The position numbers and the translations under genes are program-made. The notes below the pieces were generated by a model that did no database searches, was not told where the DNA came from, and saw only the letters and a program-made list of their open reading frames with translations. Shown in pieces: positions 49,028-59,220 of a stretch of 60,135 bases of DNA (positions are counted from its first letter, which is position 1; every line of letters begins with the position of its first letter). This DNA is from Verrucomicrobiota bacterium (GTDB lineage Bacteria; Verrucomicrobiota; Lentisphaeria; Lentisphaerales; Lentisphaeraceae): assembly GCA_039798785.1 (NCBI GenBank), contig JBDKFG010000027.1, positions 1-60,135 of the forward strand, read 5' to 3'.

Positions 49028-49816
49028 ATGATCACGTGCCTCGCCCTGTCGCTGTTGACGCTAGACCCCGTCTCCGATCCCGACATTCCTGATAAGCCCT
49101 GGAGCCTCGCCGACCCGGCTCCCGACGTGGAGAAATTAGAGTCGAAGACAAAACCGGGATGGCTGGAATGGCAGTCGAGCAACGTTCAGTTCCTCCACGG
49201 CAACAACTACCAGCTCGGCGAAAGCGACCGCAGTCTTATCACCCTCGAGCATGCCCACGGCTGGGCCTACGGCAGCAACTTCGCCTTCCTCGACATCACC
49301 CGGCCGGAAGGTGAGGAGCAGCGCTACTACGGCGAATTCGTCCCGCGGCTCAGCCTCGGCAGGATCACCGACAGCTCCCTGGCCTGGGGTCCGGTGAAGG
49401 ATGTCTACCTCGTCGGCAATCTGGAATGGGGCAGCGGCATCGACCCGCGCTATCTCGGCGGCGCCGGCCTCGAGCTCGACGTCCCCGGCTTCCGCTTCCT
49501 CCGCCTCGAAGCCATGCTGCGCGACGACTCCGACAAGGACGGCCAGACCTGGCAGTTGACGACGGTTTGGAATCTCCCTTTCTCCCTCGCCTCCCAGGAC
49601 TTCGTCTTTGAAGGATTCCTTGACTGGGCCGGTCCCGAAGGCGGCGGCTCCCACAATCTCATTGCCGCCCCTCGCCTCCTCTACGACCTCGGCAAGAATT
49701 GGGGCTGCCCCGGCCATTGCCACATCGGTATCGAATACCAGTTCTGGCACAACAAATACGGCATCGACGGCGTCAACGAACACGTGCCGCAAGTGATGCT
49801 CAAATTCAGCTTCTGA
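49028..49816 (+). CDS. Tsx-like / DUF5020 outer-membrane channel
   Basis: ITLEHAHGWAYGSNFAFLD, YGEFVPRLSL, FEGFLDW, GIEYQFWHNKYG, C-terminal F; RBS AAGGAG. Confidence 0.85.
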   Translation: MITCLALSLLTLDPVSDPDIPDKPWSLADPAPDVEKLESKTKPGWLEWQSSNVQFLHGNNYQLGESDRSLITLEHAHGWAYGSNFAFLDITRPEGEEQRYYGEFVPRLSLGRITDSSLAWGPVKDVYLVGNLEWGSGIDPRYLGGAGLELDVPGFRFLRLEAMLRDDSDKDGQTWQLTTVWNLPFSLASQDFVFEGFLDWAGPEGGGSHNLIAAPRLLYDLGKNWGCPGHCHIGIEYQFWHNKYGIDGVNEHVPQVMLKFSF

Positions 49817-49900
49817 AGCATTCGCATCCAAGATGCCTCTTGAGGCATGCAGGGAACCCCTGCAAAAAAGCTTCCGGTCTGGATTCTGGCGAATTCTGTC

Positions 49901-50114
49901 GCTCGCCCCCTTGCGGGTAGCACATGGCAGCCCAGAGTCGAGCCGCATCGGCGATGACCCTGGGTTGGAGATCTCCTTGCTGCGCCGACCCATCGGGCGC
50001 ACAGCGCCCCGTCGAAGACTGTGCGACCCACAAGGGGGCGGAACTCATTTTTGCCTCATACCCAGGGTCGAGACGACCCTAGGGCTACCATGTGCGACCC
50101 GCATGGGATCGAGC
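49901..50114. repeat. REPIN-like element: REP-like repeat pair in inverted orientation
   Basis: 49901-49933 versus reverse complement of 50082-50114 match 28/33; core GAGCCGCATCGGCG at 49940-49953; inner related arms. Confidence 0.78.
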
Positions 50115-50168
50115 AGCAGGAGCGAAGATCAAAAATGATTGCCTTCGATACGAGTGGCTTCTGAAGTG

Positions 50169-50198
50169 AAAAAACCCCGCCGGACCGGCGAGGTTTTT
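50169..50198. terminator. Bidirectional intrinsic terminator
   Basis: AAAAACC-C-CGCCGGACCGGCG-A-GGTTTTT hairpin between convergent genes. Confidence 0.75.
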
Positions 50199-50205
50199 GC
50201 TGAGT

Positions 50206-53200
50206 TCACTTCCTCTTCCGGTTGAAGAGGTCGATGACATCGATCCCCTGTTCGATCGCGCTCTTCTCCTGCTTCGCCGGCTCCTCTTTCTTGGGGGGCG
50301 CCGGTTCTTCCTTCGGCGCCGGCGCCGGTTCTTCCTTCGGCGCGGGGGCAGGCTCGGGGGCCTTCCGCTTCTTCTTGCCGAAGAGGTCGATGATCTGCTC
50401 GACATCGCTCTTCTCCTTAGCCGGCTCTTCCTTCGGCGCCGGCGCAGGTTTCACCGCTTCCTCTTTCGGTGCGGGCGTGGGAGCAGGGGAAGGCTTTGTC
50501 TTCTTGCCGAAGAGATCGATGATCTGGTCGACCTCACTCTTCTCCTGAACCGGCTCCTCTTTCAGCGGCGCAGCCTCCTTTTCGGCCGGGTTCCCTTTTT
50601 GATTTTGAGTGCCGAGTCGCTTTGCCAGCTCCGCCTTGCCCAAGGCCCACACCTGATCGTTAAGTTGTTTCTGAATATCCTTGCAGACCACATCGGCCAG
50701 TTCGGCCGCAGTTAAATCGCCGCTAAAACTGGCTTTGTAAGTGAATGGTTTCTTCAGGTGGTGCATACCGGTGCTTTCGTTGTAGGCCGTCACATCCCCC
50801 AAGCTGAGCTGATCCAGTTTTTCCATCTGCTTCTTCAGCTTGTCTTTACCCAACCAGTCGCCAATATCCCCTGCCAGACGAACGACTTGCAGGGTCGTTT
50901 CGACCGTCTTCGGAAATCTATAAGCAGGATTGGGCGTGATGTTGAAGTGAAGCATGCCATCCTTGGCGACAATCGTCCCTTGCATATCGTACATGATCGA
51001 CTGCGCTGTCAAACCAAGCTTGCGGAATGTCAGAGTTTGATCATGGAATTCAAACTCAAACCCACCTTTATTGAAGACGACGTTTTTAGGGTCGATATCA
51101 GTAAGGGATTTGGCAAGAAGATCAGGAATCAGCAGCGGCAAGTCGGTGTAGCCTTTGAGGTTGATGCTCTCAAGAATCTCTCCCTTGAGATCGCCCTTCA
51201 TCGAGCGGATGAGGTCATAAGGCTTGGAGCTGGCCAAGGAGCCAGAAAGCGCCTGAACCTGAGAGAAATTGAAGCTGCCGGAGAAGCTGGTTTTTTTGCC
51301 GTGGTTGACGAGGCTGTTGGCAATCGCGAGATCAATCGGTCCGGAGACCTTGAGATCCCGGAAATTCCGGTTTTCGTCGAAGCCCAAGACACCTGAAGTC
51401 AGGAAATTGCTGGGGCTGGCTTGATGGCTGTAGGAATAGATCAGATCCGATCCTTGGCTCTCGATCTTGGCTTGCGGCTTGAGGAGCTTGACATCGGGGA
51501 ACCCGGCCGCAGCAAAGGAGACGCGGAAAGGCGGCAAAGCTTTTGCTCCGCGGGCAGTGTCGGAGTTCGGCTCGGCTTGAGCTTCTCCTTGGGAAGCTGG
51601 AGACGAAGATTCAGATTCAGCCGATTTTTTGCTGGCGAAGAAATCCAGATACGGCAGAAGATTCATCTCCTCAGTCAGGACCACGTCGCCCTTGCTTGTG
51701 GTTTTCTGCGAGAGATCGAAGCGCCCCTCATCAAACTTGAAGACCAGAGGGCTCAATCCCTCCGCAAGGCTGAGCTTACCATCGATCTTGACCTGATCGA
51801 TTACACCATTCTCCAGGACCTTGGCGGCATAATTGACACGCGCGTCGACATCCATCGGCTGGAGACCTGCTTTGCTGATCTTGACATGACTGGGAGCAAT
51901 GAATCCGACGATGCGATTGCTGCCGCTTTCCCGGACTAACTCGGTTTCCGCGATGATCGCGTCGATGCCGTCAAGGCGCAGTCCGGGTGCGAGCTGTCCT
52001 TGCAGACGGGCAACATTGACAATGATCTTGGCTTGGGCCAGCAAGGATTTGGCCAATTCTTCGGAGGTGCTGCCCGCAGCGCTGACATCCACCTTGTCGA
52101 ATTTCAGCACCCCGGCGATTTCCATCTCCTTGCCCATGGCTCGGGCGAGTGCCTGGGCGAGGTTCAGGTCGAGGCTGCCGTCGATCTTCAGGTCAACGCT
52201 TTTGCGCGGCCCTTTGTTGAAAAGCCCCTTGGCGATGAAGGGCTTGCCTTCGCTGGCGAAGGAGAAGTTCTTCAAATTCAACTCATCCTGGTTGAGCTCG
52301 GCATCGAGCGCGATCTGCTCCAGCCCCTGGCGATTGTAGAGGATGCGAGGCGCTTTGAAGGTGAAGGCGCAGCGGAGCGGCGTCGCGGCGTCAGTGGCGG
52401 CGGAATTTGCGGCCGACGCAAGTTCCGGAGCCGCAGCCTGGGCCGGTTTTTTCGCGATCCTGATCTCCTTCTCGGTCTGCGGCGGCAGCATCGTCTCCGC
52501 CAAGGCGACCCATGGGCCGAGTTCGAGATCGGCAGGGAATTCGAGCTCGATGCGATTCCCGGCGGCGGCCAGGTCGCCGACATGGAGATCCGCCTTGGCG
52601 GCGACTTGCAGCGGGGCGATTTCTGCATTGGGAGAGAAGGAGAGCTTGAAGCTGTCGAGAATGAAATGCTTGGCGGCCAGCTCGAAACGGGCGGCGAAAT
52701 CCGCCGAGCTGTTGGCGAAGACCCGGTCTTCCCCCTGCGGATTGCGTACGATCAGTCGCTTGCTGGTGAAGCCGCCGTCGATCCTGGCCACTCCGTCCTT
52801 CAACGCTATGCCGAGCTTCGGCAGGAAGAAGTTGAGGTTGGCGAAGCGCGGCTTCTGCAGGTTTTCCGTCGGCAGGAAATTGCGGACGACCGGCTGCACC
52901 GCGAAGTTTTCCAAGAAGAACTCGGCACTGACCTTGTCGGTCTGGAAGCCGGAGGACGCGAAAGCCTCGGCAGGGATTTCGGCACTGCCCTTGAGGCGGC
53001 AGGAGAGGAGTGAATCAAGGCCCTGGCGGGTCTCGAGGCCGAAGACCAGCTGCTTCAGCGAGATCGCTCCGGCGCCGCTGCGCTTGGCATCGACGAGGAG
53101 GAACTGGCTCAGGGTGACGGCGGGCAGGCCGGTCTTCATCGCGGTGCAGCGCTTGGTGACGAAGACGCCTTTGAAGGCGGCGTCGCCGGACTTGCCGTCG

Positions 53201-55008
53201 AAGCTGGCGCCCGCGTCTTCGAGGGCGAGGTTGAAGTTCTCGATCGCGATCTCGTCGCGGATCTTCGCCGGCAGCAGCTGGGTGAGGGCGTGTTCGAGCT
53301 GGAACTTGTCGATGCCGAGCTCGAGCAGGCCGTCGGGCTTGCGGCTGGCGTGGGCGCTGAAGCGGAGGGCCGGCTGGCCGGCGAGGCTGGCGTCGGCGCT
53401 GATCAGGGGCGCGTCGAGGCTGAGGTCCGGCGCCAGGCTGGCTTTCAGCTCGGAATTGAAGCTGAAGTCCTTGATGTTTTCACCGGCGGCGACGAAGCTC
53501 AGGCCGAAGAGGCGGCTCTTCATCGCGGTTTCGATCTTGCCGTCGGCGGCGGCGGCGATCGAGCCGGAGAGATTGAATCGGCCGCTCTTGAGTGAAAAAT
53601 CTGGGCTTTGGGCCAGGGGGGCGATGATGCCGAGGTCGAGATTCTTGACTTCCAGGGCGATGCGGGCGCCTTCGCCGCTGAGGCGGCCGGTGTTGAGGTC
53701 GAGGCCGCAGGGCTTGGGCATGACCAGGCTGATCAGCTCCTGGTTGCCGACGCTGGCCGAGGCGCCGAGCTGACGCAGGGCCAGGGCCTTGGCGGCCGGG
53801 TCGAAGGAGAGGTCGTGATTGAAGCGGACGCTGGCGGCGGCGGCTTGCAGGCGGCCGCCCTTGCCGACGACGACGGGCAGGTTTTCGAGGGTGAAGTCGC
53901 CCTGGGCCTGGAGGGGGGCGGCGCCGGCCAGGACGATCTTGCCGGAGTAGGCGATGTCGGTCTCGCCGAAGCCCGCCGGCGCGCCGACGTCCTGGAGCGA
54001 CTTCTGCCAGAGCTGCCAGCCCTTCGAAGCGGAGACGAAGGGGGCGGCAAGACTGAGAAGCGAGGCGCCGAGCTTGCGGACTTCGCAACGGATCTCGCCT
54101 TCCTTCTTGACCGTGTCGAGCGCACCCGCGAGACGCAGGCTGGCGCCGCTGACGCCGCCCAGCTCCTCCTGGAAGAGGAGGCCGTCCTTGCCGAGATCGA
54201 GCTTGCCGTCCTTGAAATCGAGGGTGCCGGAACAGGCGAAGCGACGTCCGGCCAGATCGGGCATGCCCTTGCCGCTGCTGCTCATGCCGGCGAGTTCGCC
54301 CTCGATCTTCAAGCCGAGAGGCTTCAAGTCGGCGCTGAGGCCGCCGCTGACCTTGAGGCCGCACTTCTCCACCTTGAGTCCGAGGCCCTGGCCTTCGCTG
54401 GTGAGCGCGGCGGCGATGGCGAGCTGGAAGTCCTGGCCGGGGCTGAGCAGCGGCAGATCGAGACTGAAGTCCTTGACCACGAAGCTGCTGCCGGGCTGGC
54501 CAGGGGCGCCGTCGCGGGTGACGGTGAGTTTGCAGCGCTCGAGCTTGACCGATTTGATGCAGAAGTCCGGCGGCGAGGAAGGCTCCCCCCCTTTCTGCGG
54601 CGCCTCGTCCTTGGCCGCCGGGGCTTCCGCCGACTCCTTGGGCTTGGGCAGGTTCTTGGGCTTGCCTTCCGAGTCGAGAGCCAGGAAGATCTCCGCTTGC
54701 GACAAGGTGACCTCGTTGACTTCCAGACGCTTCGACAAGAGGGGCATCAGATTCCAGCTCAGCTTCACCTTGTCGGCCGTGAGCAGCTTGCCGTCTCCTT
54801 CACCGACGCTGAGCTGCTGCAGCTCAAGACCGGAAGTGGGAGCCCAGTCGACTCCGCCGGCCCGGACCGGTGTGCCGAGGGCCGCAGAGGCCCTCTCAAG
54901 CACCTGGCTGCGGAAGAAGGAGTCCGAGGCGGCCCAGGCGAGGAGGCCGCCGAGGGCCAGGGCGCCGCCGCCGAGGGTGAACAACAGGATCTTGACAGGT
55001 TTCTTCAT
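50206..55008 (-). CDS. Large AsmA-like envelope protein (1600 aa)
   Basis: N-terminal TM anchor; AsmA-like start (LSWNLMPLLSKRLEVNEVTL); repeated beta-rich segments; Pro/Glu/Lys-rich repeated tail. Confidence 0.75.
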   Translation of the reverse strand: MKKPVKILLFTLGGGALALGGLLAWAASDSFFRSQVLERASAALGTPVRAGGVDWAPTSGLELQQLSVGEGDGKLLTADKVKLSWNLMPLLSKRLEVNEVTLSQAEIFLALDSEGKPKNLPKPKESAEAPAAKDEAPQKGGEPSSPPDFCIKSVKLERCKLTVTRDGAPGQPGSSFVVKDFSLDLPLLSPGQDFQLAIAAALTSEGQGLGLKVEKCGLKVSGGLSADLKPLGLKIEGELAGMSSSGKGMPDLAGRRFACSGTLDFKDGKLDLGKDGLLFQEELGGVSGASLRLAGALDTVKKEGEIRCEVRKLGASLLSLAAPFVSASKGWQLWQKSLQDVGAPAGFGETDIAYSGKIVLAGAAPLQAQGDFTLENLPVVVGKGGRLQAAAASVRFNHDLSFDPAAKALALRQLGASASVGNQELISLVMPKPCGLDLNTGRLSGEGARIALEVKNLDLGIIAPLAQSPDFSLKSGRFNLSGSIAAAADGKIETAMKSRLFGLSFVAAGENIKDFSFNSELKASLAPDLSLDAPLISADASLAGQPALRFSAHASRKPDGLLELGIDKFQLEHALTQLLPAKIRDEIAIENFNLALEDAGASFDGKSGDAAFKGVFVTKRCTAMKTGLPAVTLSQFLLVDAKRSGAGAISLKQLVFGLETRQGLDSLLSCRLKGSAEIPAEAFASSGFQTDKVSAEFFLENFAVQPVVRNFLPTENLQKPRFANLNFFLPKLGIALKDGVARIDGGFTSKRLIVRNPQGEDRVFANSSADFAARFELAAKHFILDSFKLSFSPNAEIAPLQVAAKADLHVGDLAAAGNRIELEFPADLELGPWVALAETMLPPQTEKEIRIAKKPAQAAAPELASAANSAATDAATPLRCAFTFKAPRILYNRQGLEQIALDAELNQDELNLKNFSFASEGKPFIAKGLFNKGPRKSVDLKIDGSLDLNLAQALARAMGKEMEIAGVLKFDKVDVSAAGSTSEELAKSLLAQAKIIVNVARLQGQLAPGLRLDGIDAIIAETELVRESGSNRIVGFIAPSHVKISKAGLQPMDVDARVNYAAKVLENGVIDQVKIDGKLSLAEGLSPLVFKFDEGRFDLSQKTTSKGDVVLTEEMNLLPYLDFFASKKSAESESSSPASQGEAQAEPNSDTARGAKALPPFRVSFAAAGFPDVKLLKPQAKIESQGSDLIYSYSHQASPSNFLTSGVLGFDENRNFRDLKVSGPIDLAIANSLVNHGKKTSFSGSFNFSQVQALSGSLASSKPYDLIRSMKGDLKGEILESINLKGYTDLPLLIPDLLAKSLTDIDPKNVVFNKGGFEFEFHDQTLTFRKLGLTAQSIMYDMQGTIVAKDGMLHFNITPNPAYRFPKTVETTLQVVRLAGDIGDWLGKDKLKKQMEKLDQLSLGDVTAYNESTGMHHLKKPFTYKASFSGDLTAAELADVVCKDIQKQLNDQVWALGKAELAKRLGTQNQKGNPAEKEAAPLKEEPVQEKSEVDQIIDLFGKKTKPSPAPTPAPKEEAVKPAPAPKEEPAKEKSDVEQIIDLFGKKKRKAPEPAPAPKEEPAPAPKEEPAPPKKEEPAKQEKSAIEQGIDVIDLFNRKRK

Positions 55009-55223
55009 GGACGACTCCGATGTGGGGTAAAAAGCCCGGGAAAATACAACCGCCCGGCCAGAGTTCCTCCCCCGGAGATGAGCTATCTTGCGTGCGAAGC
55101 CCGCCGGAGTCAGTCTGCGCCATCAAAAAGCCCGCCGCGTCCGCGTTCTCTTCAATGGCGATCGGATCCTCACGATCCTGCGCCGCCTCGCGATTCACAT
55201 TCAGAGAAACTTCAGGAGCCCCC

Positions 55224-55442
55224 ATGAAACTGCCGCTTGCCCTCGTCCTTCTCGCCCTCCTCTCCTCCAGCTGCGCCTGGGCCTTGGTCAACACGATGAA
55301 ATACGAAGAGCACACCAGCTTCGGCCGCGCCATGATCGACCTCAAGGAAGCAAAGGAGAAGGGAGCCATCACCGAACTAGAATACGAAATCGAAAAGAAA
55401 CGCATTCTGGAGCGCCGCGAGAAGTTCGAGATGAAGCGCTGA
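55224..55442 (+). CDS. Small SHOCT-domain lipoprotein
   Basis: RBS AGGAG; lipobox LSSSC; LKEAKEKGAITELEYEIEKKRIL. Confidence 0.8.
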   Translation: MKLPLALVLLALLSSSCAWALVNTMKYEEHTSFGRAMIDLKEAKEKGAITELEYEIEKKRILERREKFEMKR

Positions 55443-55593
55443 GCTTCGGAAAGCGCCGAGGGGCGCCGGGGCTGCAAGGTCGGACGGCACCGCGGATTCC
55501 CTTCCGCGAGTTCCGCCGAGTTCCACTCGAGGCGGCTTGACTTCTGTCGCCTCCGGCGGAAACTTGCCTCGCAAAAAAATCCGAAGGTGAACC

Positions 55594-56196
55594 ATGGCCC
55601 GTCGCCCGCCCCCTAGAAAAACCGATCTGGAAGTCAAGATTTTCGGCAGCAAGGTGCTTCGCCGCAAGGCTGAACCCGTGACCGCGATCGATCAGCAGAT
55701 TCGCGATCTTGCCGCCCGCATGGTGAAATGCATGTACGAGGAGGAGGGCATCGGTCTCGCCGCCCCGCAAGTCGGCGTCAGCCTCCGGATCTTCGTCATC
55801 GACACCCGCCGCGACAGAGAGGAGGGCGAAGCCCCCCCCAGCCCGGGCGAAATCGCCTTGGAGCCGAAAATGCCCTTCGCCGTGATCAACCCGGAAATCA
55901 CTTGGAGCTCGCCGGAGACCTGCGACTTCTCCGAAGGCTGCCTCAGCATCCCCGGAGTCAACGGCAACGTCGTGCGCCCGAAATCGATCCGCCTCAAGGG
56001 CCGCAGTCTCGACGGGGAGGACTTCGAATGGGAATGCGGCGGCCTGCTCGCCCGCTGCGCCCAGCACGAAATCGACCATCTCGACGGCATCCTCTTCACC
56101 GACCGCGCCGAAGAGACCGACATGAAAAAAGCGGCAGGCCGCCTGGCCAAGCTGAAAAGCGAAGCCGAACTGCTGGAGAAGGCCCGCGGCGGCTGA
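55594..56196 (+). CDS. def: Peptide deformylase
   Basis: GIGLAAPQVG, EGCLS, QHEIDHLDG. Confidence 0.97.
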   Translation: MARRPPPRKTDLEVKIFGSKVLRRKAEPVTAIDQQIRDLAARMVKCMYEEEGIGLAAPQVGVSLRIFVIDTRRDREEGEAPPSPGEIALEPKMPFAVINPEITWSSPETCDFSEGCLSIPGVNGNVVRPKSIRLKGRSLDGEDFEWECGGLLARCAQHEIDHLDGILFTDRAEETDMKKAAGRLAKLKSEAELLEKARGG

Positions 56197-56288
56197 TTTG
56201 AAGGGATTTTCATCTCCCCGTCTTTGACAAGACGCCTCCGCCACGGCAGTGTCAGGGGTGCAAAAAAACAGCCCGCAGGACCTCGGAC

Positions 56289-57011
56289 ATGAGCATCTCT
56301 TCGAAACCGGAAATCTCGATCATCGTAGCGGTCAAGAACGAAGAGGAGAACGTCCCTCTTCTCGCTGCCGAAATCGTCACCGCACTCGACCGCGCCAGCC
56401 TCGACTGGGAATGCCTGTGGATCAACGACGGCTCCACCGACACCACTCTCGAACAGATCCACAAGCTCGCCGCCGGCAATGCCCGCCACCGGCTCGTCGA
56501 CCTGGAAAGGAATTTCGGCCAGTCCGCCGCCATCGCCATCGGTTTCCGCTCCGCTTCTGCCGATGTCCTGGCGACCCTTGACGGCGACGGCCAGAACGAC
56601 CCCGCCGACCTCCCCCGGCTCTACGCACGCCTCCGCGAAGGCGGGCACGCCATGGTCAACGGCATCCGCGCCAAGCGCCAGGATGACATCGTCCGCAAGG
56701 TCTGCTCGAAGATCGCCAACGGCTTCCGCAACCTCCTCACCGGAGAAAGCGTCACCGACGTCGGCTGCGCCATCCGCGTCTTCAAGAAGGAGGCCGTCCT
56801 CAACATCCCGGTCTGGAAAGGCATGCACCGCTTCATCCCCACCTTGGTGAAGCTGCAGGGATACACCATTGATGAAATCCCGGTGAACCACCGTTCGCGC
56901 GAACGCGGCGTCACCAAGTACGGCATCAACAACCGCCTCTGGGTCGGCCTGGTGGACACCTTTGCCGTCTGCTGGATGAAACGCCGTCTCGTCTTCCCGA
57001 AATCCAAATAA
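56289..57011 (+). CDS. GT2 polyprenol-phosphate glycosyltransferase (ArnC/Ppm1-like)
   Basis: NEEEN, NDGSTD, RNFGQS, DGDGQNDP, MHRFIP. Confidence 0.92.
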   Translation: MSISSKPEISIIVAVKNEEENVPLLAAEIVTALDRASLDWECLWINDGSTDTTLEQIHKLAAGNARHRLVDLERNFGQSAAIAIGFRSASADVLATLDGDGQNDPADLPRLYARLREGGHAMVNGIRAKRQDDIVRKVCSKIANGFRNLLTGESVTDVGCAIRVFKKEAVLNIPVWKGMHRFIPTLVKLQGYTIDEIPVNHRSRERGVTKYGINNRLWVGLVDTFAVCWMKRRLVFPKSK

Positions 57012-57017
57012 GCCGCG

Positions 57018-58460
57018 GTGATGCTCGCGGCCCTCAGGAAGCACCCCGTCCTTGCCGTGCTGCTCCTCGCTTCTTTCAGCAGCTTCGTCTTCCAAGGCAC
57101 ACGCGGCCTATTCGAGAGCACCGAAGGACGCTACGCCCTCTGCGCCCAGGAGATGCTGCACTCGGGCAACTGGCTTGAGCCGAGCCTTTTCGGCGCACAT
57201 CACTGGACCAAGCCGCCCCTGGCTTACTGGGCAATGGCGGCAGGCATGAAGATCTTCGGCGAAAACCCCTGGGGCCTCCGCTTTTTCAGCTCCCTCGCCT
57301 TCGTCTTGACCGCCCTGATTGCCTACGACATCGGGCGGCGGCTCTGGGATGAACGCAGCGGCTGGCTCTGCGGCCTGATTTACGCCAGCTGCCCTTTCGC
57401 CATCGGTGTTGCCAACTCGGTTAACACCGACAGCATCCTCGCTCTCTTCATGGGCGCGGCGGTCTGGTCCTACGTCGGCGCCCTCACTTCGCCCCGCTCC
57501 ACGGCCTGGAGCTTCGCCTTCTGGAGCTTCTTCGGCCTGGCCTTCCTGACCAAAGGCCCCCCCGCACTGCTGGTCCTCTTTGTCCCGGTGCTGATGCACT
57601 TCCTCTCGAACCGCCGTCCACAAGGCTTCTGGAACCCTCCCGCCCTGCTTCTCGGCCTGATCCTCGCCTTCTCCTGGTTCATCATCGTGATGATCAAGAA
57701 CGCCGAACTGGTGATCAAGAGCGACGGCGCGGTCTACCACGGCTTGATGAGCTACTACTGGGAGAACGAAATCGTCGGGCGCATCGTCACCGGCCAGCAC
57801 AAACGCAACAGCGAATGGTACGGAGCCCTGCTTCTCTACCCTCCCCTTCTCGCCTTCGGCCTCGGCTTCTGGGCCTGGCCGCAATGGCGTTTTTTCCTGC
57901 GCCGCCGACTCTGGACCCCCGCCTCCTGGAAGGCCGCCCGCCAGAGCCCGGTCGCCCTCCTTTTCGCCTGCTGGATCCTGCCGGCCGCCACCGTATTCTT
58001 CCTCTCCTCGAGCCGACTTCCCAATTACATCCTGCCCCTCTTCCTGCCTCTGGCACTGATCGCCGGACGCGAAATCGCGACCTCTCCACAGCTCTTCTCT
58101 GAGCGCCGGCTCGCCGCGGCGATCGCCTTCACTCTCGCCCTGGCAGCACTCGGCAAACTCGTCGCGGCCGGCACCCTGCCCCGGCTCTACAGCAACCCCA
58201 AGCGCGACATGTCAAGCCTGTACCGAATGGTGGAGGAGTGGGACCAGCCGGGCAAGACCAGCAAGGTCGAGAAATACACCTCCCACACCCTCGCCGAGGC
58301 ACTCCGCCAATGGCAAACCACCCCCTCCTCCCCGGACCTCATCCTGATCTTCCAAAGCAAACGGCGAAAAGAAGTCGATCGCGCCCTCGATGCGGCGGGA
58401 TTGAAGCCGCAAGCGGAAAAGACCAGCAAGACCTGGAGCTGCCTGCGCCTGCACCGCTGA
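57018..58460 (+). CDS. ArnT-like GT-C (GT83/GT39) membrane glycosyltransferase
   Basis: EGRYALCAQEM, KPPLAYW, LTKGP, YILP; multiple TM helices. Confidence 0.9.
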   Translation: MMLAALRKHPVLAVLLLASFSSFVFQGTRGLFESTEGRYALCAQEMLHSGNWLEPSLFGAHHWTKPPLAYWAMAAGMKIFGENPWGLRFFSSLAFVLTALIAYDIGRRLWDERSGWLCGLIYASCPFAIGVANSVNTDSILALFMGAAVWSYVGALTSPRSTAWSFAFWSFFGLAFLTKGPPALLVLFVPVLMHFLSNRRPQGFWNPPALLLGLILAFSWFIIVMIKNAELVIKSDGAVYHGLMSYYWENEIVGRIVTGQHKRNSEWYGALLLYPPLLAFGLGFWAWPQWRFFLRRRLWTPASWKAARQSPVALLFACWILPAATVFFLSSSRLPNYILPLFLPLALIAGREIATSPQLFSERRLAAAIAFTLALAALGKLVAAGTLPRLYSNPKRDMSSLYRMVEEWDQPGKTSKVEKYTSHTLAEALRQWQTTPSSPDLILIFQSKRRKEVDRALDAAGLKPQAEKTSKTWSCLRLHR

Positions 58461-58523
58461 AAGCTGACAGAGCCTGATACCGAGCTATACTGGGCCGGTC
58501 GCAATTCCATAGGAGATCCCTTC

Positions 58524-59120
58524 ATGCGCCTCGCCTGCCCACTGCTTGCCCTCGGCCTGTTCGCCTGCACCGCAGCGCCCCCCGCCAAACCCGCCATCGC
58601 CATCGATTCCAGCAGCGCCCAGCCCGGCTGCCCGATCCAACGCAAAGGCCTCGCCGTCGAACTTCTCCCCGGCGAGCTCAAGATCGGCCAGACCCTCGAT
58701 GCCTCGGGCCTTCGCGGTCCCGACTTGCGGGCATGGAAGGCCGGATTCGCCGGCAAGCCCGCCCTGATCTGCGTCGCCCCCTCGCTGGACACCGCGGTCT
58801 GCCAGGCCCAGGCCGAAGGACTCGCCAGGACAAGCCTGCCCGAGGGCTGCGCACGCTTCTTCATCAGCCGGGATCTGCCCTTCGCCCAGAAACGCGCCCT
58901 CGAAACACTCAAGTCCAGCATCCAGATTCTCAGCGACTACGATACCGGCAGCTGGAGCCAGTCCCATGGCCTTCTCCAGGCCGACACCCGCCTCGCAGCA
59001 CGCGCCGCCATCGTCACCGACGCCGCCGGCAAGGTCGTCTGGTTCCAGATCTGCCCCGAAGTCGCCCACCTGCCCGACCTGGAGAAGGCTGCCTCAGAAC
59101 TCCGGAAACTCAGCCAGTAA
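58524..59120 (+). CDS. Thiol peroxidase (Tpx)-like lipoprotein
   Basis: Lipobox LFAC; PSLDTAVC, ISRDLPFAQKR, LSDY, ARA. Confidence 0.85.
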   Translation: MRLACPLLALGLFACTAAPPAKPAIAIDSSSAQPGCPIQRKGLAVELLPGELKIGQTLDASGLRGPDLRAWKAGFAGKPALICVAPSLDTAVCQAQAEGLARTSLPEGCARFFISRDLPFAQKRALETLKSSIQILSDYDTGSWSQSHGLLQADTRLAARAAIVTDAAGKVVWFQICPEVAHLPDLEKAASELRKLSQ

Positions 59121-59220
59121 CATTGATTCTATCAATAACTGATCAAGTGAAAATAATTTTGAAAAATGGATCCGCGGGAGCGACATTGTCCCCAGTCCAT
59201 TTCAATGGAGATTCTTAATC

